DNA of 64,000 bases from Eremomyces bilateralis CBS 781.70. Its lineage: Eukaryota. Position 1 is the stretch's first letter. Every line of letters begins with the position of its first letter. The translations under genes and the position numbers were made by a program. Positions 1-12,604 of this stretch are shown piece after piece. Under the pieces are notes generated by a model that did no database searches, was not told where the DNA came from, and saw only the letters and a list, made by a program, of their open reading frames with translations. Location of the stretch: the NCBI GenBank assembly GCA_010015585.1, contig ML975173.1; one strand, written 5' to 3'.

Positions 1-258
1 GTGCAAGTGATGGAGACGAGCAAGAAGAAGCTGGGAGCGGACCATCCAGACACGCTGACCAGCATGGCCAATCTTGCCTTCACGTGGAGAGCGCAGGGTC
101 GAGATGCAGGCGCTATAGATCTAATGACGGAGTGTGCACGGCTTCGAGAACTGGTTCTAGGGACTAGCCATCCGTTGTTCACTTCTTCTTCGAAGGCGTT
201 GGCAGGTTGGGAAACAAAACAACGAAGCGCTCGCAAAATGGAAGAAAGTAGAGCGTAG
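1..258 (+). CDS. C-terminal TPR (kinesin-light-chain-like) repeats, probably the end of a fungal NLR-like NB-ARC/TPR protein; 5'-truncated by the window edge
   Basis: Repeat motifs LGADHPDTLTSMANLAFTW and LGTSHPLFTSS are typical of fungal NB-ARC-TPR proteins; stop TAG at 256-258. Confidence 0.75.
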   Translation: MQVMETSKKKLGADHPDTLTSMANLAFTWRAQGRDAGAIDLMTECARLRELVLGTSHPLFTSSSKALAGWETKQRSARKMEESRA

Positions 259-1145
259 GACCCTCGTTCACACAGGGAATTCTGCATCACCAAAGAGCGT
301 TAGTCTGGGCCAAAATTAGTGTAGCTAGCACCAACCTGCATGGTGGAATGGTTTGGAAATGCTTTCTAGCACCACAGATAATTTGGACGAAGGATTTCCT
401 AGCATCATAACGAGATTATGTGACTTATATTGGTCCTTTCCATGACTTTTGAAAAAGAAAACACGATGATAGTCGAGTTGTAGTATAGAAATATTGTCAT
501 GGCGTCCAAGGTGCACTCCGTGCACTCCGCAGAAATCAGCTGACTGGCAACCAAGCTTTTGTGATATTTAAGATAAGCATAGTTCCGTGTATTAGAAAGT
601 ATCTGAAGAGTGCAATGTACATAGAATTATAATAATTACTATGTGTGTAGAGAGTTTGAGTTAGTTTGAAGTCAAAGTGCTTCGGATCCGTCACAATAAG
701 ACGGGTGTCCCATCACGCAGGGGAGGTTACTTACATCGAGCAGTTGGAGCACAGCTTAGAGGTCACCAGTGCCGTAGATTGATCAGACCGATTATCAATA
801 ATGTGTAGGAAGCGTTTGTCTGGTCTGTATTCCATGCTCCGCAGTCCGTATAGTGCGCATGCTAAGCACTAACTAGTAAGATGCAGATCCAGCTGCTAGG
901 GCGCTTTGATGCCGCCGCTGGCTTAACGATAGGAGGGGACGACACTACTACGGATAAGCACCAATGTAATATTTGGAAACCCTCTCCGTCGAATTCATCC
1001 TCCACAACCGTCCTGTCCCAACACTGGGTGAGTTGGAAAATGGGGATTATGCCGTTTCGAAACCCTAAATCATAACACGGTCTACTTACAGCTGGAGTTC
1101 GATGATATCACCGACCAATCCTAGAACTCCTCCACCCTCTCCGCG

Positions 1146-2381
1146 ATGGGACCGACCGCTCCACGCCCACCAGCGTTCCTGAAGGAACTCCGGACAGGCC
1201 ATGAGCCTCTGGTCACGCGCGTACAACATCTCCTCGGCCGACCTCGTCGTATCCAAACCATTGTCCTTGGGTTTCTCGCCTTCATCGCGTTTCTCTTCTT
1301 CACTCGGTTCCCCCACCGCCATGGTCGCTCCAAACCCGCCGAACCGTCCGGCTTCATGTCGCATCTCCTTCAGGCGGCTGGACAAGAGCGACACCGCATG
1401 GAATTGGGCACCGAGATTCCGATCCCCGAATCCGCGACCCCGTGGCCCTCGAACTACACGCGCATCGTCGTGATCCCGCACAGCAAGGGCGAGAACATTT
1501 CGTGGATCTACACCGAGCTGCGCGAGGTGCCGACGGCGATCTACGAGATGGACAATCCGGTCGCGCCATTCCATGTGCCACAGAATAAAGGACGCGAGGC
1601 CATGGCGTACCTGACGTACATCATCGACAACTATAACAAGCTACCCGATACGGTGCTGTTCTTCCATTCCCACCGGACCGCGTGGCACAACAACATCCTC
1701 TTGAACCTCGATTCCGCCGAGACCATCAAGCGGCTGTCCGACGAGCGGGTGGTCCGACTCGGCTACATGAATGCCCGATGCCAATGGGAGCCGGGGTGTC
1801 CGAATTGGCTCCATCTGGACCGCCCAGAAATCGACTACGACGCGTATAACAAGCCCGAGGAAGCGGAGTTCAACGTCACAGTGTGGAGGGAACTCTTCCC
1901 GGATGAACTCCCGCCGCCAGCGCTATCCGCCCCGTGTTGTGCGCAGTTCGCCGTGTCGCGGCGACGGATCCACGCCCGGCCGCGATCGCAGTACATGCAT
2001 TTGCGAAAATGGCTGATCGAAACGGTGTTGACGGATCACATCTCCGGCCGCGTGTTCGAATACATCTGGCAATATATATTCACGGGCCATAGTGAAGTGT
2101 GTCCCTCGGAATCGTCGTGCTACTGCGACGGCTTTGGGATCTGCTTCGGGGGGGACAAGAAGTTGAAGGAATGGATGTCGCTGTTGAAGCAACGGGAAGG
2201 GCTGCTGATGAAGTTGAAACGAATCGATGAAGGGGAGAAGACGGTGCGGGGGAAGAAGAGCGACTTGGAGAAAGAGGTGCGGCGGCTGGACGGAGAATTG
2301 GAATATTCGAAGCGGAAAGCTTTTGAGCGCGGTCAAGACCCTATGAACCGAGCCATGGAGGCTGAGAAGGTTTTTGGCTGA
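1146..2381 (+). CDS. DUF3431-family type II membrane protein
   Basis: 411-aa single-exon ORF with an N-terminal hydrophobic helix; motifs NKGREAMAYLTYIIDNY, FFHSHRTAWHN, PCCAQFAVSR and GRVFEYIWQYIF. Confidence 0.85.
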   Translation: MGPTAPRPPAFLKELRTGHEPLVTRVQHLLGRPRRIQTIVLGFLAFIAFLFFTRFPHRHGRSKPAEPSGFMSHLLQAAGQERHRMELGTEIPIPESATPWPSNYTRIVVIPHSKGENISWIYTELREVPTAIYEMDNPVAPFHVPQNKGREAMAYLTYIIDNYNKLPDTVLFFHSHRTAWHNNILLNLDSAETIKRLSDERVVRLGYMNARCQWEPGCPNWLHLDRPEIDYDAYNKPEEAEFNVTVWRELFPDELPPPALSAPCCAQFAVSRRRIHARPRSQYMHLRKWLIETVLTDHISGRVFEYIWQYIFTGHSEVCPSESSCYCDGFGICFGGDKKLKEWMSLLKQREGLLMKLKRIDEGEKTVRGKKSDLEKEVRRLDGELEYSKRKAFERGQDPMNRAMEAEKVFG

Positions 2382-2806
2382 ATGTTGAAGGCATGGCCTT
2401 CTTTTCTTGTACACGGATTTCTGGACTCGACTATGGAAACGGACTGGGAAAAACACACCCTGTGTGATTGTGGGATATACCTCCGTTGATACCCCTCGTG
2501 AGATGAATTGGCGTTAGCGAATCTGTAATAAGTCATGACTAGGCACTAATGCGCATCACCAGCGAGATAGGTACATAGACTGGGTAAATCGAGACATATT
2601 GGCCGTTCGGAATGCAAAACGTACACGAGACGATCGAGTGGTGGCAGTCCATAAGATTCCGAATGCTATTGGGTATCAAAAAGCCCTGTCATTACCTGCA
2701 TTATCCTAACCTCCGAGTCCATCAAGAATCCTGCCCCTATCACTTGGTACAGGTCTCCACCAAATACGCCTTGAGATTCATGTGAAGCAAGCGGCCGTTA
2801 AGGGGC

Positions 2807-4831
2807 TCATAGGTGGTCATAGATTTTGACCTTTTCCGCATACTCGAGAATGTCGGAGGTGATGTTATCCTCAATTAAATCGCCCTTCCCGCCCGCGACG
2901 CGGAGAATGAGATCGTTCAAGGAGGCTCGTCCCAAGATATCCACATGATCACCTACAACCATCAATTAGGGGCTACCCAGAATATAGGAGAAATGTCAGC
3001 TTACCTGTATTGGGCCCACCTCGTGGACTGAATCGCTCCGGTTCATGAGGCATCTCATACGTCTTAATCTTCACTCCCGCAGGATTGTACCGTCGGTACT
3101 TCCATCCCCGCACGCACATGTATCCCATCGAGAGAAGCGGCACCGTGCCATCGCCTTCTCCCATCATTACGCCATGGTCGGGACCCCCGTTGGGGTCGGT
3201 ATAACCCGTATCCATACTAACATTAGTTATACTCATGGGGTCCAAATCGTCTCGATAATAGTATGCTCTTTCGGTAGGCTTTCCATGACCGTAGAAACAG
3301 TAGATCTTCAGGTTCGGAGCCAGCGGCAAGCGCGTTTCCAAGGGATTGACCCATTTCGAAGGATCCCGTTGGTTGTCTTCGACTTCCTCACGGCTGTGCG
3401 CGATACCGTATGAATACGCTTCCGACACCATTTTCTCGTACCACGGTTCGGACTTGAGCTTCTCGAACAGGTATGGCAACGACATCCCCGCGGTCAGATT
3501 CTGCCCGACCGCCGTGCCATTCCGTTCGCGGAACGTGATGAAGCGGCCAAAGGTATGGTTTGCGCCCGGCGGATCGTCCGGCGCCCACGTCTCGTTCCCC
3601 CACACCGCCGCGCCTCCCATCGGCAACATGCTGGAAATCCCCGGCATGGCGCGGAACAGGTCAGCGCGTTCATGTCGGCTGAGGAACTTCTCGAGGCCGT
3701 ACACCGCGAACGCGTTGAGCTGGGCGGTATCCCGCATCTCGCCGCTCAGGACCGCGGTCAGGCCTTTGAGAGCGCCTAGCATGCATCCGGAGATGTTGAT
3801 CCAGCTGTCCACATGCGTTTCTACCCAGTTTGGGCCGCCTCCGCCGTGGCCCGGTGCTTCCGATTCGACCCAATGGAAGAAGTAGTACAGGACTTGGGAC
3901 CCCATGGAGTGACTTAAGAGGGTGACCTTCTTACCCGAGATTCGGGACGCGAGTTCGATATGATGCTTGAGGCGAGTGAAATATTGGTCCCGTTTCTCGT
4001 AGTTTTCGTAGGAAAGCCTCCAATCGTATGCGGCGGTAAACGCATTCCCCGGATCATAACCGATCGTCGCCAGGTTTTCCAGGATTTTGTTCCAGATCCA
4101 GTACCCCGTGATGAAGAAGTCGGTGGCATCGAATCCTTGAGCGGCACGCAACTTGATTCCAGGCGGATCCAGACCCGTGTCCTTGTCGAGCATCAGGTGC
4201 TTCTTCCATGAAGCTTTGTCCAACACCAACGCTCGCATCATGGTCCAGGATCCCCATAACCGGCGTCGGAAGTAATTGCGGGATACATCAGAGGTCCCCC
4301 ATGATTCCAAGCCGGTCGAAATGACTCCAGGAATCATGATGACGGGATGTGTGGCTTTGACGCCCTGTGATCGAGCATGTAGGCCAACTGCAAACGAGTC
4401 GTATGCGATGGCATCTCGTTCACGTCTCTAGGGAGAGGGTCAGAAGAGAAAGGCAAATACGACCGGTGAAGCTTGTCAAGTACCTGTAAATCTTGAGCAT
4501 CTCTCAGTAGAGCTGCCGGAAGGACATCAAAGATACTATCAAGGTTTATATCGGTTAGGGCCCTGATGTCGAGCATATCGTTGCTTCGAGCGAAAAAAGC
4601 CGCCAACGCCAGCCCAAACAATCCGCCCAAGAAAAATATCCAGGCATTTCGACGTCGCGTTCCAGGCGTCCGCGTTAAATGATGGGATTTTTCGGGTTTC
4701 TTCTCCGAGAGGAATAGCATTTCTTCACCCACCGCGGGCGAGCTATCACGAGATGGATCATTGGAGGAAGCTGGAGAGTCCTTGTCGTTGTTGCTGCCGC
4801 CGAGAACGCGGCGCCGGAGGGAACCATACAT
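2807..4831 (-). CDS. LRO1: Phospholipid:diacylglycerol acyltransferase (LCAT family), 3 exons
   Basis: TM segment RNAWIFFLGGLFG; IPGVISTGLESW; AYDWRLS; SHSMGS nucleophile; GDGTV; last exon DHVDILGR...KIYDHL ending in TGA (2807-2809); introns at about 4429-4483 and 2952-3004. Confidence 0.95.
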
Positions 4832-5269
4832 GAGGATGGAATGCGTTCATGGGCCGAGTGTTTGGGGGGGTTGGGTGAGATTACATTAGAGGTAATATAG
4901 TATAGTTAGTACGTTAAGTATTCGACACTCGAAACTCCCCTTGGTCTGACCGCATTCTAGGATGGGATTTCTCATTTCTTGCAATGACGACGTCTAGTCT
5001 GGTCATGGTCTGACTGAGCTTTCACATGCTACATGCCCCTCCACCCTTGCAGCGTTCAGTTAAAGCTTCCCTGCCTCGCTCTTCTCCGTTACATCGACAT
5101 CCCACTCCCTCCATGTCCTACGCATTGTCGGCACTATAGTCTAGGGGCACAAAACCGCATATGACACGAACTCGGACCCACTGGCTGTCCTACATATTGG
5201 CCGCGAAAGCCCCAGCCGGAAGCTGAAGATGTGTATCCTGCTAGTTTCATCCCTCTCCATGCCACGGTG

Positions 5270-5958
5270 ATGACCGCTGAACTTCCGTCTGCGCCGTTGA
5301 TCACCGACGAACGGAATGGGTTGATCTACGTCCAGTATTCCTCCGCGAAAGAGGATGTCTATCTGGATCCCATCCGGAGCCTGATCTCCAAGGACTTGTC
5401 CGAGCCCTACAGTATCTATGTGTTCCGATATTTTCTCTTTCAATGGGGCGACTTGTGTTTCATGGTATGTTGAACCGGTGATTTCGTCGGACCAAACGCT
5501 AACTGGTTGTTTGAAGGCCTTAGATGCGAAGACGCATGACCTTCGAGGGGTGGTAGTTTGCAAATTGGAATACCATCGCAGCGGGACATATCGAGGATAC
5601 ATCGCCATGCTTGCCGTAGAGGAGGAATTCCGAGGGAAAGGGATCGCTACAAGTCTGGTCCAGTCTTCTATTTTATCGATGAAAGAAAAGGGGGCAGATG
5701 AGGTAAACCACACCGTTCCAGTCCGATCCCAGCGCTGATGGAGTTCACCAGGTGATTTTGGAAACGGAAGTCACCAATACCGCGTCTCTACGACTTTATC
5801 AACGACTCGGATTCCTTCGAACCAAACGACTGCATCGGTATTATCTGAATGGGAACACGGCATTCCGACTGGCACTGTACTTGAAAGAGGGAGTCTCCCT
5901 GAAGGAGCCCAGAGATGATCTGAATCCCCATATGATGGATCAATATTACGATGAATGA
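5270..5958 (+). CDS. MAK3: N-terminal acetyltransferase C catalytic subunit (Naa30), 3 exons
   Basis: LISKDLSEPYSIYVFRYFL, RGYIAMLAV, RGKGIA, LETEVTN and KRLHRYYLNG; GT-AG introns at about 5465-5516 and 5703-5751. Confidence 0.93.
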
Positions 5959-6128
5959 GGAGCGATTGCACGGAGTTATTGCCATGCCCGTCATGCCGGC
6001 TTCATTAGGTTCATTCGATCATAGGAACGCCTCAGTCCATGTATACAATTTAACGGCAGGTCATTCCAATTATGCCATTATTCAAAAACACGTACGCCCT
6101 TAGGAGTGCCCATCTCCCGTCGCATCAC

Positions 6129-7327
6129 TCATAAAGATGACTTTTTGAGATGAGGGAAGACATGGTCTAGGCCTGATTGGGTCGTTTCCTGCTCCTTCTC
6201 TTCCTTTTGGCCCGTGTCTTTACCTTCGGATTGCGGAGGTCCGTCCGGCAACTTCCCCGTCGCTCGCTCCGTCAGCTCCTGCGTTAATTTTAACGTCTTC
6301 TCGACCTCGGCGGTCAACTGAGCGACTTCATCTTCCAGTGTCTCATCCGTAGTCTTCGTCGGTTCCTTGGCTTCGAATCTCATCCTGTATTCTGCCGCTT
6401 TCTCCGGTGCCACGGATGCCCACAATCCCTCCAGTTCATCGAGCCAGCCGATTGCTCTGGCCAGCTTCCGAACATTCTCGTCGATGTCGCCGAGAGCTAG
6501 GACGTCGTCCGGGCGACTTCCCAGATCGCCGGCTTCTTCATTGTTGAGAAGAACTCGAGGCACACCCTCTCGGGCCACCTGAGGCAATCCGGCGAACGGA
6601 AACACGGTAAGACTGGTCCCCATTACAATGATCAGATCGGCCTCGGCGGGAGTGAGTCGGTTCATGACAAACGATGGAGGAAGCGCTTCACCAAAGAAAA
6701 CTATGTCGGGTTTGACCCACCCCAAACACTCTTCGTTCTGGCAATGTGCGGGTTCTCCTTTGTTGATCGCTTCTCGAAGCGGCTCGGGAGGTTGCGGTCG
6801 AAGGCAACGGATACAACTTTGCGAGGCATAGCTTCCGTGTGCCTCGATAATCTTATCGTCACTCACTCCCGCCTCTCGTTCCAAGCAATCGATGTTTTGG
6901 GTAAAGCACATCCTCAGCAGGTTTTTTTTTTCCAGTAACCGCACAAAACAGTGCGCAATCGTCGGCTTGTATTTTCCAGGATAGAGCTCGGCCGAGAGCG
7001 CATAGAAAGGGTATGGGTTCTCCTTGAAGAAGCCGATATCGAATACCGCCTCTGGATAAGGAAGATTCAGTCGGGCGAGGTTGGCATATAACCCAGTCTC
7101 TGGCGAGCGGAAATCCGGGATCCCAGCGGCCGTGGATATCCCAGCGCCATTCTATCCATCATTAGACCACCGTCGAATCTTTGCGCCGAAGACCTACTCA
7201 CCATGATCACCACTCTTTTGGCCTTTCCATCTCGGATGTATTTCGCGACTCCCTCAATGGTTCGACTTTCCAGAGTCTCCGGCGGAGTACTCCCGTCGAC
7301 CGTTACCGATGATTCCTTTTGGCCCAT
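6129..7327 (-). CDS. HST2: NAD+-dependent deacetylase, sirtuin class I (Hst2/SIRT2-like)
   Basis: GAGISTAAGIPDFRSP after an intron at about 7153-7201; TQNIDCLE; EAHGS; CxxC...CxxxxC zinc site; KPDIVFFGE; GTSL. Confidence 0.92.
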
Positions 7328-7861
7328 TCGACCTTTTCGTTTGCCTTCCCGGCCCCGTTGAAAGTTTTTGGATGGAGGAGGCCCTAACTGTGACTTATGA
7401 AGTTTGTGTCGTCGCCCTATGGTTGCGGATGTCCGGGGGGTTTAATCTTGAAACTGGTGAGTCGATTGGAGCGGCTTCATGTGCAGTCGGACGTGATCCG
7501 GAACTCGGTGTTGATGGTCTGTTGGGATGGGTGCTGCCGAAGCGCTATAAAATGGAATGTGTCGCTGTAAATGTGTGTAAAATTTAAATATATCGACGAT
7601 TGAAAGTTGGAGCCTGGAGGATGTTCGTCATTATCGGATTTGTGGAGGAGACCGGAGTCATGTAAATCGGTGATGTAAAATCCCAGCCCTACAAGGAACA
7701 GTGGGGTTCCTTTATCCTAACCAGGTAAAATACCAGCCCACGATTGGCTTAGAAAGAGCTAATATCACAAGTCCAGGGAAAAAGCATCGAAAAGAACGGG
7801 TTTCAAACGTCAACATTGGACTGAAATTGTCATATTATCGTTGACGAAGCTGCCAGACATC

Positions 7862-9185
7862 ATGGAGGAATTGGAAGAGCCCGATCTTGACATTCAAACC
7901 CAAATGATCCTCCTTGCTTCCGCGAACCACGACTTAGAGACCCTGCGCACTCTGTTCAAAACAGCGTCCGCGAACGTTCAAGATGAGGAGACGTTGGTGA
8001 CGCCTTTGCATGCTGCAATCGCTGCATGTGAAGACGATTCTCCGGATGGAACTGCCAATGGACATGGTCACTCGAATACCGACGTCGACTCCTCTGCAGC
8101 GCCCGAGCACGGAGAATCCAGCCCCGCCGCAAAAACGTTGAGGCTGCTGTTCCAGAACGGTGCCGTTTGGAATGACCTCGACGCGAACAATGAGACTCCC
8201 GGTTGCATGGCATGGAGGCTAGGGTTGAAGGATTTATATGAAATTATCATCGATGCGGGTGTCCGGGCGGAACTCCTCTTGAATCGACTCGACGAATATC
8301 AAATGCTCCTCGGAGCGGACGACGACGACGAAGACGACGAAGAGGAAGACGAAGTTGTTGAGGCGGAAGTAGATGGGGAGGTTCCAGATGGAGTGACTTC
8401 GATAAGCCTACAGGACAGCGTCAACCCGTCGTCGAACAATGAGGCATATTTAAGTTCGCAAATCCCGTCGGCGACTACGACTACCAACCTTCTGGATTCG
8501 TCCTCGAACGCCATCATGATGACTTGGGAAACCCCGATCATGGAGGAACATGCGAAAGAACTGCTGCCTCGCGAGGGGATGAGGGTATTGAATATCGGGC
8601 ATGGCCTAGGGATCTTCGACGGCATCGTGCAAAAATACCGGCCGGCAAGTCACCATATCATCGAGGCTCATCCCGACGTGGTCGAGCGAATGAAGGCGGC
8701 GGGATGGTGTTCCGAAAGCGAGAATGAAAACGCCCGGCCGGGAGTTACGGTTCACCAAGGGAGATGGCAGGATGTTGTACCGCAATTGGTGTCCGATATA
8801 CAGGATGGACGAGAACAGAAGTTCGATGCGATCTATTTCGACACCTTTGCCGAGTCCTATTCCGATTTCAAGAAGTTCATTGGGCTTGTTCAGGACCTTC
8901 TTGCGAGCGGGGGCAAGTTCAGCATGTTCTGGGGAGCTGGAGCCGATCGAAGATCTTCGTATGATGTCTACACCAAGGTCCGTTTGATATTGAGTGGGAT
9001 CAATACTAAGACTCGCTAACATAATATAGATTCTCGAAATGGATCTCTTCGAGGAAGGATTTGACGTAACCTGGCAATCCATCCCCATCCCCGATCTTCA
9101 ACAAGCCGGTGAATGGGAGGGAATTACACGTCCATATTGGACTCTGAACGTATACAAACTCCCAACCTGCACCCTGGCCGATTGA
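7862..9185 (+). CDS. RMT2: Arginine N-methyltransferase 2 (ankyrin plus GAMT-like SAM domain)
   Basis: TPLHAAI ankyrin, acidic tract, MMTWETPIM, LNIGHGLG, IEAHPDV, GRWQD, IYFDTF; intron at about 8978-9030 followed by ...RPYWTLNVYKLPTCTLAD and a stop. Confidence 0.93.
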
Positions 9186-9271
9186 TCCCACCAACCTCAC
9201 CAAAGTACTCCAAGCGCTGTCCAAGAATCCAATACCCAAATCTGAATACAAGGCAAAATTGCTGGACAAAA

Positions 9272-10583
9272 TTACCAACCTTTCACCAGTTTGTTCATGT
9301 CATCAGCAATCTCTTCAATGTCGTAAACGCCCTTGGCCTGATCTACTCCAATCACTGGAAGTCGTTTGCACCCCTTTCGTTTCCAGTCTTCGGGCACGGC
9401 GTTGGGATCGAGTCCTCCGATTTGCTCTAAAACGCTGGCTTGATCCCAGTAGACATGCTCATGTTCCAGCTTCTTTCCCCGAACGGCAAGAATCGATACC
9501 ATCGGGATCTGGACAGGCTTGTTCGTCGGTGGCACACCCGGAAGAAGAAACGGGATGACATGCGTGTGGCGGAAGGTCAGGATGAATTCGGATACGACCC
9601 GATCGACGCTCGCTATCCGCGACACCAACCGAGTCGAGAGGGATGGTGGAAGGGGCGCGAAGAAGTTCTGGTAGAACCGCATAATAGTTGGCCGGTCCAC
9701 ACCGCCCGTTTGCGATGACTAGGAAAGGAACTGTTAGCGGAGTTCTGCTTCCGCGGCTTTGGCACTTACCACATAGTTCACATATGGCTCCGGTACCGTG
9801 TGTTTCATTCGCGAAGCCGGATTGATCTGAGGGTATTCCACTTCAGTCGCGTTAGCAAGCGATGACCAGTCCTTCCGAATTCAAGGAACGTACGCGATTC
9901 ATAGAGCCCTCCCACCGGTAACCCGACCCCGACGACCTTCTCGAGGTCCACGTCCATTTTGAACCCTCTCCGAACCGCCGACAATGCTCGACTCCACGAC
10001 AAGCCGGACGCGGCGGGATCGAACTCATCAACATCATTCTCCGCGAAGCCCGGGCTGACGCCGTCATATACGAACGCTGGGAATTTGGGCGCGAACCCCT
10101 GACCCGCAGCGAGATGTACTTGCAGCTGCATCTGGGTTGGATATGACGCGGTCGGGTTGGGGATGTCACTGGGGTAGAAGCAGATCAGCGCGCAGAGGTG
10201 CGGCATTGGTTTTTGGTGAACGATGAGGCAATCGGTTGCTGCTTGTCCGTATGCGACGATCGCGTATGCTTCTCCCAGCTCTAGCGACGGTTAGCAAAAG
10301 GTGACGGTCTTGTCGCATGGGAGCCAACCAAGATCATCCGCCAGACTCGTGAGCTTATCGGCATATGGTCTTCCACCGCCGCGACGTGGAAGATATGTGA
10401 CATCGAAGCCTGATTCGTGTTAGATATTGTCGGGTAGGGAAGATAAGGTCCTATACCTTCGTCCCTCCATTGCTGAATGGTGTCAATGTCGAATTCCTCT
10501 GTATCGGCCGTAATATGAAGCCTCGGAGGCATGCTATTGAACGATAGAAACCCGGAACCGCTCTGAGTCGGTCGTAGCGACAT
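9272..10583 (-). CDS. Fungal carboxymethylenebutenolidase (dienelactone-hydrolase-like) plus SnoaL/NTF2-like domain protein, about 5 exons
   Basis: Exons joined by GT-AG introns give WRDEGFDVTYLP, YAIVAYG, GFAENDVDEFD, EPYVNYV, RVVSEF and HEHVYWDQASVL. Confidence 0.8.
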
Positions 10584-11364
10584 TTCTGTAAATGTGATGG
10601 GTTGTCCCTAATGCCTTTGCCTTTTCTTGATTTGCGGTGCCAGCACGAACAATAGGGAGTGAAGAATAAAAAGTTGGAGATGGAACTGTCAAACCCTCCC
10701 GCCTCCCAGTATAGCGGGAGCGCTAGTATGGATTTGTGATGACGTCAATCCTGCTTCCACGAGGCCTGGATGACCTGTGTATGGCGAGTAAAATTGATGA
10801 TCCACTGATGATCTATTCTCCGGAAGGATATTCCCCCAGCCTATGACTTCAGTTATTATACAAGAACAAAGTACTACTTCTGATTAACTATACACTTGTC
10901 AAGTGCGTAGAGATATACTTTTGAGCCGTCATTTGGCGAGGCCGCCTTTTTGCAATTGGCTCTACATATGGCATCCACCAGTATCAGATCTCGATCAAAC
11001 CACCAAGTTGAATGGATGTCATTTAATGTACTATTCTGTCTACTCCAACCGCCCTTTCCACGACATTGCCAATCCTGCGAGCCGGAAATATGACGAAACA
11101 TTGCACCCCTCCGTGGACTTGTGACATACTCCAGGAACCCAGAAAGAGTAGAGGAACTGCGAAACGGAATTCTCGTGCTTATCAGTTATCGAGTAGAGAA
11201 GTGTATAATGACAGGTTAGTAGAAGGGAGCTTCTCCACCCAGGAGGCATCCAATACCTACCTCAGTCTTCCCCAACCCATCTTCTGATATCAAGACGCAT
11301 TCATGATGGGATATTTTGTATAGCGGCCGTCCGATCGAAAGGAAGCCAAGGAAGCCAGAAAGAT

Positions 11365-12604
11365 TCAAGACTCGCTTCCTGTTGCAATGGATAGACATGG
11401 ATCTTGCTCGGCCGGGATCGGCTCCTGCCATCGCTGAACCCAGGCCACCGTTCCCGCGGTTGGGTCCATGATGGCCGCATAGTGCGTATACTCGTTACAG
11501 GTAGGATACTCGCAGATCCATTGAACGAGGGCCTTCTGCGTAACACAGACATCCGCTTCCGATGCCCCGGGATGTGATTCGAGGAACGTCTTGTTCCAAA
11601 CATCCCACTTCCTCCCTATACATGATAATCGCTTTCTAGAGTCCAGGACAAATTCCTCGGGAAGGACAGGACCGTGATGCGCAGGTTCAAAATCAGGGGC
11701 GGTTTGGGGATCTTCAAGGTCATGGTTTGTGGCAGCCACGAAGGATTTCGATGATCGGGTAGATGCCGTGACTCGGTCCTTTTCAACAACGAGCGACTCT
11801 TGTCCATCACACAGACATATATATGCCGCTGAGGTCGGTATCTGTGGAAAGGTGGAGCGTATCGTATCGAGAGATACCGGGTGTTTGGTCGAGGTAGGGA
11901 GGATCATATCCCGTAGGAGGGATGAGATCGACGGACGGAAGCCAAGAAGTACGAGAAGATTGTGTGAGTAGTATTGGAAGTTTGAGAACGTTGACGACAC
12001 GTTATGGGTTGGCCGGAAGTTCAGAGATATGCTGAGCCCTTGTCTGTAATGGTCAGCCGTGAAACCTTCAACGTGGAGACACATACCGAACTCCTGTCAA
12101 GATGCCAACAAAACCAACGTAGGTGATGGATCTCGCGACGATCGGACCTCCAGCTTGCTCAACGAACTCCAACTGCACGACAACTTTGCGGAGTTCGTCC
12201 ATGCCCCAGTCCAGGGTCCGAAAATGCAGCATCCTCTGGTCCAAGCCTCGCCCAACGGCTATCCCTCCGCTCGTACATCCCATCAACACGTCAAGAAGGA
12301 CATTGAGGGTCACCAGAAGATGGATGTCGACTCCCGTTGCCGTGCTGATGCCCTTCAGCTCTCGCGTTTGTTCGTTGCTATACACGCGGCGTAGACACAA
12401 TCGTGAAAGGAAAAGGATGGTTTTGAAAGATTTGCCCAACCCGAACGAGGCGATGACTTCTTCAAACAGCTTAGTAAGTTCGATTATGTGGTCCTTGAAG
12501 TCCGTTGCGAGCTTCACATATCGCAATTGTGGAGCAAGCGATAGGTCAATCGTGTAAGCCGGCGGGATGTCGCCAGCTATCACAGTGTTTGAAGTTGAAG
12601 CCAT
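11365..12604 (-). CDS. Acid ceramidase / N-acylethanolamine acid amidase (Ntn hydrolase), 2 exons
   Basis: YTIDLSLAPQLRY, MGCTSGG (autocleavage Cys), HFRTLDWGM, GFVGILTGVR|QGLSISLNFR across an intron at about 12044-12086, ATNHD. Confidence 0.88.

Noticed and set aside
10874..11287. Short overlapping ORFs between the lactone hydrolase and ceramidase genes
   Set aside because: No family resemblance or coherent exon structure found
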